The notes under the pieces are model-generated. The model searched no databases and had not been told where the DNA came from. It saw only the letters and a list, made by a program, of their open reading frames with translations. Below, one piece after another: positions 55,501-64,000 of a DNA stretch of 64,000 nucleotides. Each line of letters begins with the position of its first letter. Within the stretch, counting starts at the first letter, position 1. A program made the position numbers and the translations under genes. This DNA comes from Eledone cirrhosa (lineage: Eukaryota), in contig OZ024743.1 of the NCBI GenBank assembly GCA_964016885.1, positions 208,258,001 to 208,322,000 on the forward strand, given 5' to 3'.

Positions 55501-58500
55501 ACTCTATAAGATATACCACAGTTTACCATCCTATAGCCACACATGAAAGATCTTCACTCCATAAGATATACCACAGTTTACCATCCTATAGCAAAACATG
55601 AAAGCTCTTCACTCCATAAGATATACCACAGTTTACCATCCTATGGCCACAGATGAAAGCTCTTCACTCCATAAGATATACCACAGTTTACCACCCTATG
55701 GCCACAGATGAAAGCTCTTCACTCCATAAGATATACCACAGTTTACCATCCTATAGCCACGCCACGGATGAAAGCTCTTCACTCCATAAGATATACCACA
55801 GTTTACCATCCTATAGCCACACATGAAAGCTCTTCACTCCATAAGATATACCACAGTTTACCATCCTATAGCCACACATGAAAGCTCTTCACTCCATAAG
55901 ATATACCACAGTTTACCATCCTATAGCCACACATGAAAGCTCTTCACTCCATAAGATATACCACAGTTTACCATCCTATTGTCACAGATGAAAGCTCTTC
56001 ACTCCATAAGATATAGCACAGTTTACCGTCCTATAGCCACACATGAAAGCTCTTTACTCCATAAGATATACCACATTTTACAATCCTATAGCCACACATG
56101 AAAGTTCTTCACTCCATAACATATACCACAGTTTACCATCCTATAGCCACACATGAAAGCTCTTCACTCCATAACATATACCACAGTTTACCATCCTATA
56201 GCCACAGATGAAAGCTCTTCACTCCATAAGATATACCACAGTTTACCATCCTATAGCCACACATGAAAGCTCTTCACTCCATAAGATATACCACAGTTTA
56301 CCATCCTATAGCCACAGATGAAAGCTCTTTACTCCATAAGATATACCACATTTTACAATCCTATAGCCACACATGAAAGTTCTTCACTCCATAACATATA
56401 CCACAGTTTACCATCCTATAGCCACACATGAAAGCTCTTCACTCCATAACATATACCACAGTTTACCATCCTATAGCCACACATGAAAGCTCTTCACTCC
56501 ATAAGATATACCACAGTTTACCATCCTATAGCCACACATGAAAGCTCTTCACTCCATAAGATATACCACAGTTTACCATCCTATAGCCACAGATGAAAGC
56601 TCTTCACTCCATAAGATATACCACAGTTTACCATCCTATAGCCACACATGAAAGCTCTTCATTCCATAGGATATACCACAGTTTACCATCCTATAGCCAC
56701 ACATGAAAGCTCTTCACTCCATAAGATATACCACAGTTTACCATCCTATAGCCAGATGAAAGCTCATCACTCCATAATATATACCACAGTTTACCATCCT
56801 ATAGGAAAACATGAATGAAAACTCTTCACTCCATAAGATATACCACAGTTTACCATCCTATGGCCACAGATGAAAGCTCTTCACTCCATAAGATATACCA
56901 AAGTTTACCACCCTTTGGCCACAGATGAAAGCACTTCACTCCATAACATATACCACAGTTTACCATCATATAGACACACATGAAAGCTCTTCACTCCATA
57001 AGATATACCACAGTTTACCATCCTATAGCCACAGATGAAAGCTCTTCACTCCATAAGATATACCACAGTTTACCATCCTATAGGCACACATGAAAGCTCT
57101 TCACTCCATAAGATATACTACAGTTTACCATCCTATAGCCACACATGAAAGCTCTTCACTCTATAAGATATACCACAGTTTACCATCCTATAGCCACACA
57201 TGAAAGCTCTTCACTCCATAAGATATACCACAGTTTACCATCCTATAGCCACGCCACAGATGAAAGCTCTTCACTCCATAATATATACCACAGTTTACCA
57301 TCCTATAGACACACACGAAAGCTCTTCACTCCATAAGATATACCACAGTTTACCATCCTATAGCAAAACATGAAAGCTCTTCACTCCATAAGATATACCA
57401 TAGTTTACCATCCTATGGCCACAGATGAAAGCTCTTCGCTCCATAAGATATACCACAGTTTACCACCCTATGGCCACAGATGAAAGCTCTTCACTCCATA
57501 AGATATACCACAGTTTACCATCCTATAGCCACGCCACGGATGAAAGCTCTTCAATCCATAAGATATACCACAGTTTACCATCCTATAGCCACACATGAAA
57601 GCTCTTCACTCCATAAGATATACCACAGTTTACCATCCTATTGCCACAGATGAAAGCTCTTCACTCCATAAGATATACCACAGTTTACCGTCCTATATCC
57701 ACACATGAAAGCTCTTCACTCCATAACATATACCACAGTTTACCATCCTATAGCCACACATGAAAGCTCTTTACTCCATAAGATATACCACATTTTACAA
57801 TCCTATAGCCACACATGAAAGTTCTTCACTCCATAACATATACCACAGTTTACCATCCTATAGCCACACATGAAAGCTCTTCACTCCATAACATATACCA
57901 CAGTTTACCATCCTATAGCCACACATGAAAGCTCTTCACTCCATAAGATATACCACAGTTTACCATCCTATAGCCACACAAGAAAGCTCTTCACTCCATA
58001 AGATATACCACAGTTTACCATCCTATAGCCACACATGAAAGCTCTTCACTCCATAAGATATACCACAGTTTACCATCCTATAGCCACAGATGAAAGCTCT
58101 TCACTCCATAAGATATACCACAGTTTACCATCCTATAGCCACACATGAAAGCTCTTCATTCCATAGGATATACCACAGTTTACCATCCTATAGCCACACA
58201 TGAAAGCTCTTCACTCCATAAGATATACCACAGTTTACCATCCTATAGCAAGATGAAAGCTCATCACTCCATAAGATATACCACAGTTTACCATCCTATA
58301 GGAAAGCATGAATGAAAACTCTTCACTCCATAAGATATACCACAGTTTACCATCCTATGGCCACAGATGAAAGCTCTTCACTCCATAAGATATACCAAAG
58401 TTTACCACCCTTTGGCCACAGATGAAAGCACTTCACTCCATAACATATACCACAGTTTACCATCATATAGACACACATGAAAGCTCTTCACTCCATAAGA

Positions 58501-61500
58501 TATACCACAGTTTACCATCCTATAGCCACAGATGAAAGCTCTTCACTCCATAAGATATACCACAGTTTACCATCCTATAGGCACACATGAAAGCTCTTCA
58601 CTCCATAAGATATACCACAGTTTACCATCCTTTTGCCACACATGAAAGCTCTTCACTCTATAAGATATACCACAGTTTACCATCCTATAGCCACAGATGA
58701 AAGCTCTTCACTCCAAAAGATATAACACAGTTTACCATCCTATAGCCACTAATGAAAGCTCTTCACCCCATAAGATATACCACAGTTTACCATCCTATAG
58801 CCACAGATGAAAGCTCTTCAATCAATAAGATATACCACAGTTTACCATCCTATAGCCACAGATGAAAGCTCTTAACTTCATAAGATATACCACAGTTTAC
58901 CATCCTATGGCCACAGATGAAAGCTCTTCACTCCATAAGATATACCACAGTTTACCATCCTATGGCCACACATGAAAGCTCTTCACTCCATAAGATATAC
59001 CACAGTTTACCATCCTATGGCCACACATGAAAGCTCTTCACTCCATAAGATATACCACAGTTTACCATCCTATAGCCACACATGAAAGCTCTTCACTCCA
59101 TAAGATATACCACAGTTTACCATCCTATAGCCACACATGAAAGCTCTTCACTCCATAAGATATACCACAGTTTACCATCCTATAGCCACGCCACGGATGA
59201 AAGCTCTTCACTCCATAAGATATACCACAGTTTACCATCCTATAGCCACACATGAAAGCTCTTCACTCCATAAGATATACCACAGTTTACCATCATATAG
59301 CCACACATGAAAGCTCTTCACTCCATAAGATATACCACAGTTTACCATCCTATAGCCACAGATGAAAGCTCTTCACTCCATAAGATATACCACAGTTTAC
59401 CATCCTATAGGCACTCATGAAAGCTCTTCACTCCATAAGATATACCACAGTTTACCATCCTATGGCCACAGATGAAAGCTCTTCACTCCATAAGATATAC
59501 CACAGTTTACCACCCTATGGCCATAGATGAAAGCTCTTCACTCCATAAGATATACCACAGTTTACCATCCTGTAGCCACGCATGAAAGCTCTTCACTCCA
59601 TAAGATATACCACAGTTTACCATCCTATAGCCACACATGAAAGCTCTTCACTCCATTAGATATACCACAGTTTACCATCCTATAGCCACGCCACGGATGA
59701 AAGCTCTTCACTCCATAATATATACCACAGTTTACCATCCTATAGACACACACGAAAGCTCTTCACTCCATAAGATATACCACAGTTTACCATCCTATTG
59801 CCACAGATGAAAGCTCTTCACTCCATAAGATATACCACAGTTTACCATCCTATAGCCACAGATGAAAGCTCTTCACTCCATAAGATATACCACAGTTTAC
59901 CGTCCTATAGCCACACATGAAAGCTCTTCACTCCATAACATATACCACAGTTTACCATCCTATAGCCACACATGAAAGCTCTTCACTCCATAAGATATAC
60001 CACAGTTTACCATCCTATAGACACACACGAAAGCTCTTCACTCCATAAGATATACCACAGTTTACCATCCTATTGCCACAGATGAAAGCTCTTCACTCCA
60101 TAAGATATACCACAGTTTACCATCCTATAGCCACACATGAAAGCTATTCACTCCATAAGATATACCACAGTTTACCATCCTATAGCCACACATGAAAGCT
60201 CTTCACTCCATAAGATATACCACAGTTTACCATCCTATATGAAAACATGAAAGCTCTTCACTCCATAAGATATACCACAGTTTACCATCCTATGGCCACA
60301 GATGAAAACTCTTCACTCCATAAGATATACCAAAGTTTACCACCCTATGGCCACAGATGAAAGCTCTTCACTCCATAACATATACCACAGTTTACCATCA
60401 TATAGCCACACATGAAAGCTCTTCACTCCATAAGATATACCACAGTTTACCATCCTATAGCCACAGATGAAGGCTCTTCACTCCATAAGATATACCACAG
60501 TTTACCATCCTATAGGCACAGATGAAAGCTCTTCACTCCATAAGATATACCACAGTTTACCATCCTATAGCCACACATGAAAGCTCTTCACTCTATAAGA
60601 TATACCACAGTTTACCATCCTATAGCCACACATGAAAGATCTTCACTCCATAAGATATACCACAGTTTACCATCCTATAGCAAAACATGAAAGCTCTTCA
60701 CTCCATAAGATATACCACAGTTTACTATCCTATGGCCACAGATGAAAGCTCTTCACTCCATAAGATATACCACAGTTTACCACCCTATGGCCACAGATGA
60801 AAGCTCTTCACTCCATAAGATATACCACAGTTTACCATCCTATAGCCACGCCACGGATGAAAGCTCTTCACTCCATAAGATATACCACAGTTTACCATCC
60901 TATAGCCACACATGAAAGCTCTTCACTCCATAAGATATACCACAGTTTACCATCCTATAGCCACACATGAAAGCTCTTCACTCCATAAGATATACCACAG
61001 TTTACCATCCTATAGCCACACATGAAAGCTCTTCACTCCATAAGATATACCACAGTTTACCATCGTATTGCCACAGATGAAAGCTCTTCACTCCATAAGA
61101 TATAGCACAGTTTACCGTCCTATAGCCACACATGAAAGCTCTTTACTCCATAAGATATACCACATTTTACAATCCTATAGCCACACATGAAAGTTCTTCA
61201 CTCCATAACATATACCACAGTTTACCATCCTATGGCCACACATGAAAGCTCTTCACTCCATAAGATATACCACAGTTTACCATCCTATGGCCACACATGA
61301 AAGCTCTTCACTCCATAAGATATACCACAGTTTACCATCCTATAGCCACACATGAAAGCTCTTCACTCCATAAGATATACCACAGTTTACCATCCTATAG
61401 CCACACATGAAAGCTCTTCACTCCATAAGATATACCACAGTTTACCATCCTATAGCCACGCCACGGATGAAAGCTCTTCACTCCATAAGATATACCACAG

Positions 61501-64000
61501 TTTACCATCCTATAGCCACACATGAAAGCTCTTCACTCCATAAGATATACCACAGTTTACCATCCTATAGCCACACATGAAAGCTCTTCACTCCATAAGA
61601 TATACCACAGTTTACCATCCTATAGCCACAGATGAAAGCTCTTCACTCCATAAGATATACCACAGTTTACCATCCTATAGGCACTCATGAAAGCTCTTCA
61701 CTCCATAAGATATACCACAGTTTACCATCCTATGGCCACAGATGAAAGCTCTTCACTCCATAAGATATACCACAGTTTACCACCCTATGGCCATAGATGA
61801 AAGCTCTTCACTCCATAAGATATACCACAGTTTACCATCCTGTAGCCACGCATGAAAGCTCTTCACTCCATAAGATATACCACAGTTTACCATCCTATAG
61901 CCACACATGAAAGCTCTTCACTCCATTAGATATACCACAGTTTACCATCCTATTGCCACAGATGAAAGCTCTTCACTCCATAAGATATACCACAGTTTAC
62001 CGTCCTATATCCACACATGAAAGCTCTTCACTCCATAACATATACCACAGTTTACCATCCTATAGCCACACATGAAAACTCTTCACTCCATAAGATATAC
62101 CACAGTTTACAATCCTATAGCCACGCATGAAAGCTCTTCACTCCATAACATATACCACAGTTTACCATCCTATAGCCACACATGAAAGCTCTTCACTCCA
62201 TAAGATATACCACAGTTTACCATCCTATAGCCACACATGAAAGCTCTTCAATCCATAAGATATACCACAGTTTACCATCCTATAGCCACAGATGAAAGCT
62301 CTTCACTCCATAAGATATACCACAGTTTACCATCCTATAGCTAGATGAAAGCTCTTCACTCCATAAGATATACCACAGTTTACCATCCTATAGCCACAGA
62401 TGAAAGCTCTTCACTCCATAAGATATACCACAGTTTACCATCCTATAGCCACACATGAAAGCTCTTCACTCCATAAGATATACCACAGTTTACCATCCTA
62501 TTGCCACAGATGAAAGCTCTTCAATCCATAAGATATACCACAGTTTACCATCCTATAGCCACACATGAAAGCTCTTCACTCCATAAGATATACCACAGTT
62601 TACCATCCTATTGCCACAGATGAAAGCTCTTCACTCCATAAGATATACCACAGTTTACCATCCTATAGCCACACATGAAAGCTCTTCACTCCATAAGATA
62701 TACCACAGTTTACCATCCTATAGCCACACATGAAAGCTCTTCAATCCATAAGATATACCACAGTTTACCATCCTATAGCCACAAATGAAAGCTCTTCACT
62801 CCATAAGATATACCACAGTTTACCATCCTATAGCCACAGATGAAAGCTCTTCACTCCATAAGATATACCACAGTTTACCATCCTATAGCCACACATGAAA
62901 GCTCTTCACTCCATAAGATATACCACAGTTTACCATCCTATAGCCACACATGAAAGCTCTTCACTCCATAAGATATACCACAGTTTACCATCCTATAGCC
63001 ACACATGAAAGCTCTTCACTCCATAAGATATACCACAGTTTACCATCCTATAGCCACACATGAAAGCTCTTCACTCCATAAGATATACCACAGTTTACCA
63101 TCCTATAGCCACAAATGAAAGCTCTTCACTCCATAAGATATACCACAGTTTACCATCCTATATGAAAACATGAAAGCTCTTCACTCCATAAGATATACCA
63201 CAGTTTACCATCCTATGGCCACAGATGAAAACTCTTCACTCCATAAGATATACCAAAGTTTACCACCCTATGGCCACAGATGAAAGCTCTTCACTCCATG
63301 ACATATACCACAGTTTACCATCATATAGCCACACATGAAAGCTCTTCACTCCATAAGATATACCACAGTTTACCATCCTATAGCCACAGATGAAGGCTCT
63401 TCACTCCATAAGATATACCACAGTTTACCATCCTATAGGCACAGATGAAAGCTCTTCACTCCATAAGATATACCACAGTTTACCATCCTATAGCCACACA
63501 TGAAAGCTCTTCACTCTATAAGATATACCACAGTTTACCATCCTATAGGCACACATGAAAGCTCTTCACTCCATAAGATATACCACAGTTTACCATCCTA
63601 TAGCAAAACATGAAAGCTCTTCACTCCATAAGATATACCACAGTTTACCATCCTATGGCCACAGATGAAAGCTCTTCACTCCATAAGATATACCACAGTT
63701 TACCACCCTATGGCCACAGATGAAAGCTCTTCACTCCATAAGATATACCACAGTTTACCATCCTATAGCCACGCCACGGATGAAAGCTCTTCACTCCATA
63801 AGATATACCACAGTTTACCATCCTATAGCCACACATGAAAGCTCTTCACTCCATAAGATATACCACAGTTTACCATCCTATAGCCACACATGAAAGCTCT
63901 TCACTCCATAAGATATACCACAGTTTACCATCCTATAGCCACACATGAAAGCTCTTCACTCCATAAGATATACCACAGTTTACCATCCTATTGCCACAGA
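40531..64000. repeat. 55-bp tandem satellite, consensus GATATACCACAGTTTACCATCCTATAGCCACA(C/G)ATGAAAGCTCTTCACTCCATAA, ~425 copies, continues beyond right window edge
   Basis: Exact 55-bp period (e.g. 40861 to 40916). Variants include 53-bp (GCCAGATG), 60-bp (GCCACGCCAC) and 59-bp (ATGAATGAAAA) monomers. Confidence 0.99.

Noticed and set aside
40531-64000. 55-bp satellite as a CRISPR array or coding repeat
   Set aside because: There are no unique spacers and no cas genes, and the context is eukaryotic. The consensus contains stops, and the short ORFs arise only where variants remove one.
40531-64000. 55-bp satellite as a hammerhead-ribozyme satellite (CAGATGA on +; GTGAAGA...GTAAAC on -; shares AAAGCTCTT with the PLE hammerhead)
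   Set aside because: Neither strand has intact CUGANGA and GAAA boxes in the right order, and no stem I can be formed. The shared 9-mer is compatible with chance.

Overview
Repeat-dominated animal genomic DNA. The SINE/RTE repertoire and microsatellite load resemble octopus (inference, no database search). About 60% of the window is two satellite arrays: a 22-bp satellite (1-15376, ~700 copies, runs off the left edge) and a 55-bp satellite (40531-64000, ~425 copies, runs off the right edge). Both show kb-scale higher-order duplications. The ~25-kb interval between them holds minisatellites, tRNA-derived SINEs, several decayed RTE-clade LINE copies (with a PHD-like finger C-terminal of the YADD motif), one well-supported minus-strand coding exon encoding the N-terminal half of a WSC domain (27539-27671), and the 3' end of a Penelope-like element. 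That element has a stop-free GIY-YIG endonuclease frame missed by the ORF track, followed by a type I minimal hammerhead ribozyme motif and an AATAAA. Nearly all ORFs in the supplied track are artefacts of tandem repeats.
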